A stretch of DNA of 64,000 bases from Eledone cirrhosa (lineage: Eukaryota), in the NCBI GenBank assembly GCA_964016885.1, contig OZ024747.1, positions 14,446,001 to 14,510,000 of the forward strand. The letters are read 5' to 3'. Shown piece after piece: positions 15,066 through 29,242 of this stretch. The position numbers and the translations under genes were made by a program. The first letter of the stretch is position 1, and each line of letters opens with the position of its first letter. The notes below the pieces were generated by a model. It worked only from the letters and a program-made list of their open reading frames with translations. It had not been told where the DNA came from and ran no database searches.

Positions 15066-15374
15066 CCTTATAATGTTACACCCCCACACCCACACATACA
15101 TATATATATATATACATATTAATAATAGTGAAGTACTCCACTCTAATCACACAAGCACACACACACATCCACATATATATATATATATATATATAAATAT
15201 ATATGTGTGTGCATATATACTTATACAGTGTGTGCATGTGGATGCATGAGTAGATAGTGAAGATAATCTATATGATTTTTAGATACATTGTTAGATCGGT
15301 AGTTATATAGATAATTGGCACAAATACACATATACAAATATGTACATACACACACACAGACACACACACAAGGA

Positions 15375-15521
<147 letters not shown>

Positions 15522-15727
15522 TTTTAGTTTTATATATCACATTTTCATTCATTGATTTATTCATAAATACATTTATACAAGATGCATATAAAAATACATG
15601 CATTTCTACATAGTACATTCATACTTCATATTTGTATACCCACATATTACACATAAAACATGCATACGTTCATGCACACACACACATATATATATATACA
15701 TATATAAATATTTATATATATATACAC

Positions 15728-15790
<63 letters not shown>

Positions 15791-15799
15791 TACACACAC

Positions 15800-15855
<56 letters not shown>

Positions 15856-15907
15856 CTCTTTTACCTGTTTCAGCCATCCGGCTGAGGCCATGCTGGGGCA
15901 CCGCCCT

Positions 15908-15946
<39 letters not shown>

Positions 15947-17022
15947 GTATATATATATATATATATATTTACATATACATACATAATTAGATAGACTGAT
16001 GAGAAAACATCTGACCATTTCCTTGTAGATTTCTTGTATTTATGAATTTTAATTCAAACCAATATTAAGTGAGGCGTAAATGTTGACTGCACTTCGTATC
16101 AAACAACTAAGTACGTATAACCCCCCACACAAACACACACTCGTGGCCTTTATTTATTGTGTCTTCCTACTTCCACATGTACTTCGACAAAAGTAGACTT
16201 TATGATTCAATCATTAACACTAACATATGTCTGCATATTGAATATTTGGCATAAAGAAAGTAATATTTTATGTGACGTCGTCGTCTTTTTAAGAAACGTT
16301 GGAGTTGGATAGATTCCAATAATGGAAAGGGAGATATGTGGGGAATTCTCAACTGGTTTTCCCTAGCACCATCGCATATCTGAATCTATCGGAAAATCAC
16401 TGCAGGCAAAAGAGGCACATAGACAATTCATACAACCCTTCATTGTCTTCTGATGAACCTAATTTCCTGAGACATAAGACGAAATACTACTTTCCACCGA
16501 AGCAAACACTCTTTTCACTAGTTACATGCGTAGTCGTAATAAATTTATCGACTTCCGGCCTTTCACACTTCTTTATTTGTGTCTATCACGTTATTAAATA
16601 TTTGATTCTTATTAAATATTTAATCATCAAAATGGCATTATTTTTCCCATACACCAAACAAAATTCTATCATTTATCGTTTTCTTTTCATATCGAACCTA
16701 CTCCACCTACACCATTTTGAATAGCACCAGCTTTACAGACTAAGTTATCTAAAATGAGACGTTTCCCATGCCGCTTTCAAATGCCTTGTAGCACACTCTA
16801 GCTGCAACCATTCTCTTTATCAAATAAGGTATTGTCAATCCGATTAACTTCATTTCCAATACTCCAGCTTTTTGTCGCTCTTCAGTTAGCATATAACAAT
16901 CTCGCCACATTTATTTCATTTATGAGAATCAACATTTATTGTATTTTCTAGAGTATGCATCAAAGAGTGAAGAGATTACTTGGCAGAGACAGTTAAACGT
17001 CAAAAGTTAAAATTGCTTTACA

Positions 17023-17089
<67 letters not shown>

Positions 17090-17625
17090 TATATGTGTAT
17101 ATATATATATACACATATTGTGTTTTTGCTTCAGACTTTTTGATGATATCTCTGTGGCATATATTTTTGTTTTTATTTCTAGTAATAGCGGAGTTGACTC
17201 GTAAAATAACTTTTAACCATATTTTTTTTTGTTGTCTCCAAACCAGAAATAGCCACATCTATGGAAATTAGTATAGATCTATCAAACGTTGTTTATACAC
17301 TAAAATCATCGCTATTCACTTTCTATTGCCATAGTACATAAATCTATCTGGCTTTAATACATTGTTCATATAAACATGAAAAGACTTACATTTTGAAAAA
17401 TACAACAATTAGAAAGAGAATATTTAAAGAAATATATGCTGGCATGTCTGTGTATTTAAGAAAATTGCTCACAACTACTTGGGTTAGTGATCGATTCGAA
17501 TGTGTACTACCTTGGGCAAATATATTCGGGAGGAATGAGACCTTGGCGTACAAATCCATTGTACGCGTCATTAGTAAACTATATATCATTGAGTCAATGT
17601 TTCGGCGAAGCCTCTATTTCTATTT

Positions 17626-17684
<59 letters not shown>

Positions 17685-17703
17685 TATATATGTGTGTGAG
17701 TGA

Positions 17704-17753
<50 letters not shown>

Positions 17754-17755
<2 letters not shown>

Positions 17756-17964
17756 CGAAGGAATTGTGGTAAGGAACCAGGTGGCCCATAACGCACCAGA
17801 GTACTCGATACTTAGGGTAGTAGTGTGAGTAATAGGGAAATAGTCAGGACCCCGACGGTTGAGCTCCGGCCGTTTCGACAGCTAGATCTGAAGTACTGTG
17901 TTAGTTTAAATCTAGTTGTCGAAACGGTCGGAGGTCAGTCGTCGGGATCCTGACTCTTTTCCTA
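17754..17964. mobile_element. Family A (A2) inverted pLTR-like insert in (TA)n
   Basis: Same arms and end points as 11253-11449. Confidence 0.85.
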
Positions 17965-17991
17965 TATCTAACTATCTCTCTCTCTATATAC

Positions 17992-18032
<41 letters not shown>

Positions 18033-18066
18033 TATATACACACACACACACACACATATATATATG

Positions 18067-18187
<121 letters not shown>

Positions 18188-18204
18188 GTATATATATATT
18201 TATA

Positions 18205-18236
<32 letters not shown>

Positions 18237-18247
18237 TGTGTGTGTAA

Positions 18248-18425
18248 ACGAAATCAACGAAGCGAAGAACACAGTACAGTGAAGTAATATATTAACTTAA
18301 CGCTTGATATAGTAGGAATAGAGTGAAAAGGTTTCGGCCACTAGTTCTTCATTAGAAGATAGAATGAGAAAAGGAAGGAGCGCGAACAAACTTTTGAGAA
18401 AAAGCACCTGTGTATTCAGTAACCC
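18248..18425 (-). mobile_element. Family E pLTR-like fragment with decayed hammerhead
   Basis: Reverse complement: ttctcattctatcttctaatgaagaactagtggccgaaac...ttcctactatatcaagcgttaa, homologous to 19870-20010 and 62488-62620. Confidence 0.7.
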
Positions 18426-18469
18426 ATTTTGAGCACGCACATACACACACACACCCACACACACACACA

Positions 18470-18521
<52 letters not shown>

Positions 18522-18597
18522 GGAAAAGAATATATATAGGAAAATGGCTGAGCTCCGGTCGTTTCAACAGCTGGTGTATCTTACCACACCCTCTTTG

Positions 18598-18655
<58 letters not shown>

Positions 18656-19056
18656 GCATACGTATTGAAAGAGGGATAAGGAAAGAAAGAGAGAGAGGAG
18701 GAGAAGAGAGAGAGAGAGATAGTGAGAGTAAAAGAGAGACGTAGAGAGACAGAATGAGAAGGGGAGAGAGAGAGAGAGAAGAAGAAGAGGAGGAAGTTTA
18801 CAATGGAAAAGCAAGAAGCAAAACATTTTAAATTAAATATACCGAGAAACGTATTATCCATACATATATTTTAATGTGTTTCGGTCATTAATTTGTGACA
18901 GAAGCAATCTTTGTATAAATAAACATTATGCTGAAAAAGATTTTCATTACTTTGTTCGTCATCTCTTTCACATGCCCGGCTAATATCCTACTGAACGACG
19001 ACCTACCTTGTCAGACAGTTCATAATTGTTTCATAGATAGCACTGTGTCTGTCTGA

Positions 19057-19088
<32 letters not shown>

Positions 19089-19758
19089 TGGACAACTTCC
19101 AAAAGTCCCTGGCCTGGCAGTGCTACCGAGGAGCTCTACCAGTTCGTGACAAGCTCTACAGACATGGGCGCCCGGGCAGGGACCCTGCAAAAAAGATCTG
19201 TCCGAGGTGCGTGCGAGACGAAGAAACCGTCGCGCACGCATTCATACACTGCCCGGGCGTCACTGACCTGTGGGGCTATGTAGAACGACTATTGTCGCGG
19301 GTGGGACCAATCCGGTTGACCACCGAGTCCAAGGTTGAAAGGGCTGAGGTCAGACACATTTCTCTCCGGCCAACAACTGATTCTTTTTTTCAAATACCAC
19401 TTTGGAAGAAGAATCAGAATGGAGAGAGAGGTGCTGTACCCCAGCAAGTTTTATGAAAGGTGGGTGAAAGTGGCAAGAATGGCCCGAGTGAATGGGCCTT
19501 CTCTCTATATCAGTCTGTAGGTTGACGAAAAAGAGGAGGAGAGGAAAGGAGTACAAGCTCTTCGTACTCCTGGAGATGAGGGTTGCAGATTTTTGCGGGG
19601 GTATGTGTTACCCATATGAATTGTCTCCCCCTAATGGGGAAAATCGACTAATTTTTTAAATTGCATTTGTGATAACATTTTACACGTTTTTATTGTATGT
19701 AAACTTCCCTCTTTGTATTTGTCCCCTTCTTTTGTGCCCCTGTGGCTAATAAAGAAAC
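19089..19758 (+). mobile_element. 3' fragment of an L1/Tx1-like LINE (zf-RVT region + 3' UTR) in a (TATC)n tract
   Basis: LAWQCYRGALPVRDKLYRHG...CPRC...EETVAHAFIHCP...W (CCHC zf-RVT); frameshifted C-terminus; AATAAA just before the 3' (ATCT)n; (CTAT)n on the 5' side. Confidence 0.85.
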
Positions 19759-19759
19759 A

Positions 19760-19836
<77 letters not shown>

Positions 19837-19881
19837 GTCTATCTATCCATCTATCTATGTATCTATCTACTTTCTTATTCT

Positions 19882-19920
19882 ATTTTCTGATGAAGGAGTA
19901 GCGTCCGAAACGTTAAGAAT
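19882..19920 (+). ncRNA. Minimal type I hammerhead motif (family E)
   Basis: ATTTT-CTGATGA-A-GGA-GTAGCG-TCC-GAAA-CGT-TA|AGAAT; stem III reduced to the palindrome AACGTT. Confidence 0.7.
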
Positions 19921-20042
19921 CTATTCCTACGATATCAAGTATTAAACTCATATATATCTTAATTTGGACTGTATTGTTTGCTTTATTGTTTTCCGTTTGC
20001 TTTTCGCATACACCCACACACATGTATGTATGTATATGAATG

Positions 20043-20073
<31 letters not shown>

Positions 20074-20359
20074 ATGAATGTATGTAACAGGTAAACAGAA
20101 ATAACAACACAATCGTTAGAGTATATGGAAGGAATATATTAGGTTAACGCTTGAAATAGTAGGAAGAGCGTCCTTCAACAGACGCTAGTCCTTCAACAGA
20201 AGAAAGAATGAGAAATTAGAAAGATTGAAGGGGCAGGCGAAGTGGAATTGAAAAAATGTTTTTAGAGAAAAATAACAGGTTCATTCCTGTTACCATCTTA
20301 CACACATACACACACACACACATACACACACACACACATACACATACACACACACACAT

Positions 20360-20391
<32 letters not shown>

Positions 20392-20497
20392 TCATATATA
20401 TATTCATATTTTTTCACTACCAAATCAACTTTTCAAATAGAAGTCGAAGTTGAAAGGTATGTCGAATCTATCTATTTTTAAGACTGTTTATATTGTA

Positions 20498-20559
20498 TTT
20501 TGTCTGAAGAAGGCATAACATATTTTTAATATGATATCCCTGAAATATATATAATGAAA
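20498..20559 (+). ncRNA. Type I hammerhead motif (family B; element ~20407-20689)
   Basis: TTTTGT-CTGAAGA-AGG..CATATT-TTT-AATATG..CCT-GAAA-TATATA-TA|ATGAAA; element 3' end abuts (TA)n. Confidence 0.8.
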
Positions 20560-20688
20560 TAAATATAGTTTTATAAATATAGTTTCCATTTATTTAATAT
20601 CGTAAATATACTCCAAATACTTGTTGAGTGCTTTTATATCAGTTATAAATATTTACTCGTTGTTAACCCAACAATTTAAATAAAACTT

Positions 20689-20767
<79 letters not shown>

Positions 20768-21304
20768 CGAAAGAAGTGTGGTAAGGAACCAGATGGACCA
20801 TAACGCATCAGAGTACTCAATACTTAGTGTAGTAGAGTGGGTAATAGTAAAATGTTTAACCCCGACGGCAGAGCTCATATATATATAAATATATATATAT
20901 ATACATATATATAAATATATATATATACATATACATATACATATACATATGCGTACATGTATATATTTATTTATATATACGAATGTCTTCAGATACGTTT
21001 GCCGCTCCCTGTAATACAATGTATGTATAACTGGATAGATAGATAGATGCACGAATTCATAACCCCTGGTAGGTTTGTAGGAGCGCCCTTGTTACATTCA
21101 TATGCATTTAAAACTTGGTGGAGGCCATCACTTCCAGTCCGAACAAAGACGATTTATTGAAGGTAAAGTGTGAAAAAGAGATAGAGAGAAGCGATCGTCT
21201 TCAGTAACGAACCGGTACTGTATTTATAACCTATGAATGATAATGAATATTAACACTCTACTTCGGGATTGAGTTCACCTTTTTCTCAGCCGTCAACCAC
21301 ATAC

Positions 21305-21393
<89 letters not shown>

Positions 21394-21449
21394 AATGAGT
21401 AGGACCCCGACGGCTAATTCTGGACACATTTCTTACCACATTTCCTTCG

Positions 21450-21488
<39 letters not shown>

Positions 21489-21531
21489 AATAACAAGAGG
21501 CTGGACTGGTGTAATTCCTTAAAGGTTTATT

Positions 21532-21589
21532 ATACTATTAACATTTCAATGACCGGGTTCAGTATGAATGCGGTGACATCATCAGGTAT
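21532..21589 (-). ncRNA. Type I hammerhead motif
   Basis: Minus strand: ATAC-CTGATGA-TGTC-ACCG..CGGT-CATT-GAAA-TGTTAA-TA|GTAT-AATAAA; stem II base identical in form to 2605-2678. Confidence 0.75.
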
Positions 21590-21762
21590 TCAGAAATTTA
21601 GCCAAAAAGGAATATAATAAGAGACACAATCCAAGGGGCTGAAAAGCAGAGAGAAATGCCCAAGACGAGACGGCGGCCAAAAATTAGCAGTTGCTAGTCC
21701 GGTCGGCCGCCTTCAAGTGAGGAATCTAGCAAACCTTAATGTATATATAGATATATATATAG

Positions 21763-21900
21763 TAATAATAATTGTTTCTACTTTTTGGCACAAGGCCAGC
21801 AATTATCCCAGTGTATTACTGGTACTTTATTTTATCGACCCCGTAAGGATGAAAGGCAAAGTTAACCTCGGCGGGATTTGAACGCAGTCCGTAAAGGGAC
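21763..21900 (-). mobile_element. tRNA-derived SINE family 1 (partial)
   Basis: aattgtttctactttttggcacaaggccagc...tcgaccccgtaaggatgaaaggcaaagttaacctcggcgggatttgaac. Confidence 0.9.
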
Positions 21901-22009
21901 AATAAATATGAAAACTAAAATCCAAAGAGGGCTCGATAAGAATAAATATATATCAAATATATAAAAACCATAGAGGAAATATTTATTAAAATAACAGATT
22001 AAAGTTTCA

Positions 22010-22085
<76 letters not shown>

Positions 22086-22138
22086 CAGGAAAGAAGGTTG
22101 ACATGGTTTGCTATACAAAAAAGGTTTTTAATCTCATA

Positions 22139-22244
22139 GCTGACAATTGTTTCTCTGAACTGGTAGGTCTAGAGATCGCTATTCGCTTATTTTCACGTTA
22201 CTCGATCGCCAATACAAAATTATAACCAGGCAGATCTTCGGAGC
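22139..22244 (-). ncRNA. Hammerhead motif with long stem II (C4 variant)
   Basis: Minus strand: GCT-CCGAAGA-TCTG-C-CTGGT...ACCAG-TT-CAGA-GAAAC-AATT-GTC|AGC, then ATTAAA and (TA)n. Confidence 0.72.
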
Positions 22245-22363
22245 ATGCGAGAATGAAGAGAATAGACAGGCAAGAAAAGAATATACAGGCTACTATATGA
22301 AGTAGTAATGGCATTCAATTAGAACAATAACAACAATTACAACAATGCTATTAATAAATTATT

Positions 22364-22434
<71 letters not shown>

Positions 22435-22984
22435 TACTTATTACTAACATACATATACTAACACACTAACATACATATACTCAAACAAAATATACTCATA
22501 CACATACACAAAACCAGGCTGTTCACTCCTACAACAGATCAACACACATGTTGACTTCCTGAGAAAGGTAACTTATGGCGCCATTAAGATCCTAATATTA
22601 TTTGTGGTATGGTAGAGTTATCGTAACATCCCTTAGGTCAAGTGAAACGGCAGTTGTTTATCGATAAGTTCTACAATATTGGTTTCTTTCTTCGTTATCC
22701 TAGACTGTAACTTATCAACCCACTGCCATCGAGAAGTGAGCAAGAGTGAGCCCCAGCGAGTGCGAATGGCTATTTCAACGCATCTTTCACTATTCTCCGG
22801 TGTAACTCTTTTTCCATACTGTCAGTTAGGACCATAAATCAGCCACCATATGATTTTTTGAACGCCAAAGAACGTTCTCTCTAGACATATAGCATTGATC
22901 AGGCCATTTACTATGTCATATTTTGGATCCAATTCTTAACTGTCTGAGGAATCTACAGTTTGCAGGCAAAATGTCTGAGTAACA

Positions 22985-23182
22985 GGCCACAGGATCAGCC
23001 TTAATAAACTATTAATTTTTCCCGCTCTACACATTCTGAGATCTAATCCCGCCGAGATTAGAGATGGCTTCATCCTTACAGGGTCGATAAAATAAAGCAC
23101 CAATAATGCACTAGGATCAATTTAATCGACTTTCTCCTCCTCTTCAAAGTGTTGGCCTTGTGCCTAAAGTAGAAACAATTAT
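22985..23182 (+). mobile_element. tRNA-derived SINE family 1 copy
   Basis: ttctgagatctaatcccgccgag...ttcatccttacagggtcgataaaataaagcacc...ggccttgtgcctaaagtagaaacaattat. Confidence 0.85.
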
Positions 23183-23372
23183 CATAAATAATTACTCAGT
23201 ATAGTTGCTTGCTAGCTAAGAGTTCAAAGCCTACTTTAGCATAGGTCATAGAAACACTACATATGCTAGTAGAGCTTATAATAATATTTCGTTCTGTAAA
23301 TAATATAGAGCATTCATTTTCCTTTGTGTATATTACGGAAACTTGACACTACATATATATATATTTATATAT

Positions 23373-23579
23373 GAACGAGTAGGACCCCGGCGGCTGAGCT
23401 CAAGCCGTTTCGACGGCTAATTCTGGACTAAAATGGTTTTAGTCCAGAATTAGCCGTCAAAACGGCTTGAGCTCAGCCGTCGGGGTCCTACTCGTTCCTA
23501 TTACCCACTCTACTACCCGAAGTATTGAGTACTTTGGTGCGTTATGGTCCACCTGGTTCCTTACCACATTTCCTTCGTT
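23373..23579. mobile_element. Family A (A1) inverted pLTR-like insert in (TA)n
   Basis: Short minus arm, then long plus arm ending ccacatttccttcgtt|(AT)n. Confidence 0.88.
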
Positions 23580-23846
23580 ATATATATATATACATATATA
23601 TATATGTGGGGGGGGGGTATATACATGTATAACATATGTTCCAGTGAGTGCGTTTCTGTATGTATGTGTATAGTAGGATGGAAAATAAATGTTTGTGTAT
23701 ATTGATTTGTTTTATGCGTACCTCTAGATTAAAGCCAATGAAGCGAGAGAGGGGGAGGGAGAACGTGTGTATGTGTCGGGGGAATTGTCTGAGGGTGAAG
23801 AGAATGATGAAGAGGGAAGAGACGGTCATCAAATACATATATTGCA

Positions 23847-23878
<32 letters not shown>

Positions 23879-24508
23879 TATATGAGTAAATAGTAGAGAA
23901 ACTAGCTATTTCATTTATATCATAGTACTTTTCTAACGGCCATATATGTTTAGTGTAAGAGAAAGAGAAGGGAACACAAGATACAACGAAAGAGAAGAAA
24001 GCAAAGAGAAAAAGAAAGGGAAACGAAAATAGGAGGAAGTTGTAAAGAAAGGAAGTTATTTGCTTTCAAGTGTGGGATTATCCGTTGTCAATGTTTGACG
24101 CTAATGGCGTCCCATTATATATAAAATAAAAATAATAATAAAAGCGTTATACAAGGGTAAGAGGAGGTGGTAAACAAGACGTATATTACGGCAACAAAAC
24201 ACCAGCAACAATAAAGTAACAGAAGGCGAACAATTAAGACTACAATAAAAAAAATATGACAGTGGTGTTTATAGAGAAACAAACAACAACAACAACAACA
24301 CCCCGCACGGCCATAAAAATGAAGTAAAAAACATGACAAAATAAAGATTTCAAAAATAAACAAATCAAACATTGAAACATAAAGAAAAGCTTAAACAACT
24401 AAAATATTACTCATATACACACTTAAACCCTTTCTCTAAAACACACACATGCATACAAACACACGTTCTCCTCCCTCCCCATATATATATGTAAGCCTCC
24501 CCATAAAA

Positions 24509-24547
<39 letters not shown>

Positions 24548-24802
24548 TAAGTTCTCCTCCTCATATATAATTATATATATATAGGCCTCCCCATATATAC
24601 ATATATATATATACATATATATATATGTGTGTGTGTGTGTATGTACATATTCGCCTATCATGTATAAACTTACACGCACCTATACCCACATGCGTGTAAT
24701 CTCCTGAATTGGCAAATAAACCAGTTTTTAGCACAAAAGGAACAATATTTATAACAAGCACCTTCACTAATAAATCGCAATGCTACTGCTGCTGTTGTTG
24801 CA

Positions 24803-25425
<623 letters not shown>

Positions 25426-25668
25426 AACGACGATGACGACGACTACTACTACTGCTACATTTATAAGCTGTAGACATTGTAAATACCTAGAGGCGGGGAA
25501 GTTAGCAAATATGACATTATAGTGACAAGGGCATCGCTTTCATGAAAGGAATAGAATTTAAAAATACAATTTGTGGAGTTTTCTTTTTGTTTTCTATTCC
25601 ATTGAGGATAGTAAAATTCGGCAGTTGCCTATTCATTAATATATCCCGAATGGTTTGCTGAGGATGAG

Positions 25669-25763
<95 letters not shown>

Positions 25764-25765
25764 AA

Positions 25766-25840
<75 letters not shown>

Positions 25841-25841
<1 letters not shown>

Positions 25842-26062
25842 GTTATTCCGGGTTGAATCGGAGGTAACCACAGTAAGTAAGGTACTCAATACATTGCAGA
25901 GTATAAAAGTTTTAATATAGATGAGATTCTACAGGACTAGAACTGTTTCATTCTTTAGAAATCATCAGGACTCACAGGAGAATCACAGAAATCATCAGGA
26001 GATTCGTGATGCTTTCTAAAGAATGAAACAGTTCTAGTCCTGTAGAATCTCATCTATATTAA

Positions 26063-26066
<4 letters not shown>
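25841..26066. mobile_element. Family C inverted insert with hammerhead-like core in (TA)n
   Basis: Minus arm CTGATGA-T-TTC-TAAA-GAA-T-GAAAC; plus arm tttctaaagaatgaaacagttctagtcctgtagaatctcatctatattaaaac; homologues at 29425-29490 and 33750-33905. Confidence 0.75.
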
Positions 26067-26125
<59 letters not shown>

Positions 26126-26371
26126 TAAACAAGAAGTGTAAGTCAAAAGCGTAAAATAAGCTTCTTTTATTCATATTCGCTGATATATATATTTCAGTGA
26201 GAGACATTATTCAACAGCTATGATCTCATCAAGCAGTAATAACTTGAACAGAAAAAACAGGAAAACATAATGTTGTAATAGATTTTACCTTGTTAATTCA
26301 TTGATATGCTCAGATCCAGAGTGTGGTGTTAGTCTCTAAGGAACTGAATATATATGTATACACACACACAC

Positions 26372-26422
<51 letters not shown>

Positions 26423-26429
26423 TACACAC

Positions 26430-26477
<48 letters not shown>

Positions 26478-26479
<2 letters not shown>

Positions 26480-26687
26480 CGAAGGAAATGTGGTAAGGAA
26501 CCAGGTGGACCATAACGCACCAAAGTACTCGATACTTAGGGCAGTAGAGTGGGTAATAGGAACGAGTAGGACCCCGACGGCTGAGCTCAAGCCGTTTCGA
26601 CGGGTAATTCTGGAATAAAAAATTTTTAGTCCAGAATTAGCCGTCGAAACGGCTTGAGCTCAGCCGTCGGGGTCCTACTCGTTCCTA
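26478..26687. mobile_element. Family A (A1) inverted pLTR-like insert in (TA)n
   Basis: Long minus arm plus short plus arm ending gttccta|(TA)n. Confidence 0.88.
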
Positions 26688-26747
26688 TATATATATATAA
26701 ATGTGCACATAGAGACAGACGCACACACGTGTATATATATATATATG

Positions 26748-26958
26748 TGGCTGAGTGGTTAGAGAATTGGATTCGCAATCGTAAGGTTGTGAGTTCGTTT
26801 CCTGGACAGGGCGATGCGTTATGTCCTTGAGCAAGACACTTTATTTCACGTTGCTCCTTCTACCTAGAGTTGCGACCGATAGATATTATTAGCAATTGGA
26901 AAGACCAATGGAAACATTGTCTCGTCGGTCCGATTTGACGAAAGTCGATCGTTCCTTT
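26748..26958 (+). mobile_element. tRNA-derived CORE-like SINE (family 2)
   Basis: A box tggctgagtggtt, B box gagttcgtttcc, CORE-like tgtccttgagcaagacactttatt; homologous to 47052-47249 and 57848-58040. Confidence 0.85.
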
Positions 26959-27008
26959 ATATATATATATATATATATATATGTGCAAATAGAGACAGAC
27001 GCACACAC

Positions 27009-27040
<32 letters not shown>

Positions 27041-27130
27041 GGAGGCCTATATACAACGGAAGGAGAAGAACCTTATGGTTATTACTATACATGACTTTGA
27101 TGAATAAAGGTTTAATGAATCAAGGTAGTG

Positions 27131-27199
<69 letters not shown>

Positions 27200-27439
27200 G
27201 CTGCTGCTGCTACTGTTACTGAAAGTGTAGATATCGGAACTTACCATAGATATTTGGAGAAATATTTATAATAAACAGACAGCAAGAATGAAGATTGGTT
27301 TTGCGTCAAAGATAAGCTACATTGCCTATGAAACGTCCTTTAATTATTGAGCTTAAAACCCACCGGGACACCGTGGTCACAATAGATATACATCAGCCGT
27401 ATGTCGACATCGTCAAAATCACCTACTCGTCTGCAATAG

Positions 27440-28920
27440 TTAATATACTGCTGGATGTAACTTATTCAGAAACAGTGCTCATATAATGAGTGAGGTAAGA
27501 AGACCATGTCAGCCTGAAGATCTTTAAATGTGTCACGAAAGAAATAATCTAGGAAATAGACATGGAGTAAGACGGTATAATTATAGGAGGTCAACACTTA
27601 ATAAACACCAATGTTTGTAGAAGTCATTGCAATTACACTAATACGGTTATGTTATTAGTAAGTCAACTGAACCAAATAAATAGGGCAAGTAAAACTTTGG
27701 GGCTGAACCTGCAGAAAGGCATAACCAAAACTCCAAAATATAGGAAGTGATAAGGATAGAAGACATAGTAATAGAGAAAGAAGACAATTCCAAACATCGA
27801 GGCCTGAACACATTTGGTCTTGACTGTGTTAATTGGACGACAGGGTCACTTCAGAAGCTCTCTACATTTCAGAACCACATCATGAGACTTATGACTGGCT
27901 AGCGGCTACGTGACCGTATCTATCAGTGAGCTGCTCAACATTACCAAACTTAGACCATTTACATCAATTGTCAAGTCAAGAGTACTCAAATTATACGGTC
28001 ATATAAAAAGATCAACTCGTGGTGTGAGTAGGTTATGCCTGGAAGGAAGGTTGGCTGGTAAGAGAAACAGAGGCCGGCAGCCAAAACGATGGCTTTGATC
28101 GAACTTTGTGGAGAGAAATATCTCCTGTTGATGTGTAGTCTGAAACTGGCGGAGTTTAGCATCAGATGAACAATTGAGAACAATACAAATGGTGAAGTGG
28201 AATTGTTTTAGAAAGTACAGTTATATTCAGAAAAAAAACTTTAAAAGAAAGTGTTCAACCATTGCGAGTCGCTAACAATCACATATATTACATATGGCAG
28301 CAGAACATGGAAGGTTAACATGACAATTAAACAGGAAGATCTGAACATCTGGTATGCCTAGGAAAGAATCATTAGATCTGAAGAGTTAAGAAGTAAGATA
28401 GAAGTTAAAGATCCTCTTGTGACGCTAAACTCCGCCAGTTGCAGACTGCGCATTAACATGTGAAATTTGTCTCTACAAAGTTCGATCACCAGCAGCAGAG
28501 TTCAAAGAGCAAAGACCAGGTCCAGTCCATGAATTGACATTGTCAAGCCATCGTTTTGGCTGCCGGCCTCTGCTTCTCTTACCAGGCATAACCTACTCAC
28601 ACCACGAGTTGATCATTTTATATGACCGTATAGTTTGAGTACTCTTGACTTGACAATTGATGTAATTGGTCTAAGTTTGGTAATGTTGAGCAGCTCACTG
28701 ATACAGATACGAAGTTACAGATTATATTTCATTGAATCGTTAAAAAACGTGGAGTAGAGCAAAACATTGAACCAAAATAGATGGATGAAAAGTACGACGA
28801 AGTGGATTCCGAGAGAAGGCCGGAGAAACTAGGATAGCTAGAAGAACAGATGGAAGAACGTGATTAACGGGTGTATAGAATCAGTTTGGACGATAGATAG
28901 TAAAGAAAGTAGGGATGTAA
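27440..28920 (+). mobile_element. Old RTE-like LINE remnant with two younger RTE 3' fragments in opposite orientation
   Basis: 27910-28098 encodes ...IVKSRVLKLYGHIKR...LCLEGRLAGKRNRGRQPKRW (RTE C-terminus). 28425-28710 is largely its reverse complement. Flanks show decayed KVF..ITYG..TW and RW..WIPR motifs. Confidence 0.75.
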
Positions 28921-29183
28921 AGGAGAATGCTTCCAGCAGTAGACTGCTATATCCCAAAGAAGAAGTGAAAATGGGTGAGGAAAAAGGCGCGGCAAGCATG
29001 GGCCTGGAATACGATAGACAAAGAAGTAATAGTTTTAAGATTGAATACGAATGGACATTTTGGGGAACATTGTCAATGGTGGACCTGAAGGAATGGCGAA
29101 AGATAGACAGATTCATAGAAAGCTATACAAACAGAGAGGTAACAAAATAGTAAGCAAAAGAGCGGGAATAAAAAAAAAAAATA

Positions 29184-29222
<39 letters not shown>

Positions 29223-29242
29223 GATAACAAAATATCGTAACT

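Noticed and set aside
15853-15908. Short repeat ctcttttacctgtttcagcc...ggccatgctggggcaccg, also at ~55835-55892
   Set aside because: Clearly a dispersed repeat fragment, probably a SINE end, but too short to classify.
16450-16490. CTGATGA...GAAA at 16450, and lone CTGATGA at ~15996, 47627, 55703 and 61468
   Set aside because: No convincing stem II, stem I or cleavage site; likely chance or too decayed.
26178-26236. Hammerhead-like traces on the minus strand here and at 57232-57275, 60050-60160 and 22550-22660 (+)
   Set aside because: Core or stem register is broken; plausible decayed ribozymes but not supportable individually.
26748-26830. tRNA-like A and B boxes here and in SINE1 heads
   Set aside because: These are SINE heads continuing into SINE bodies; no complete cloverleaf.
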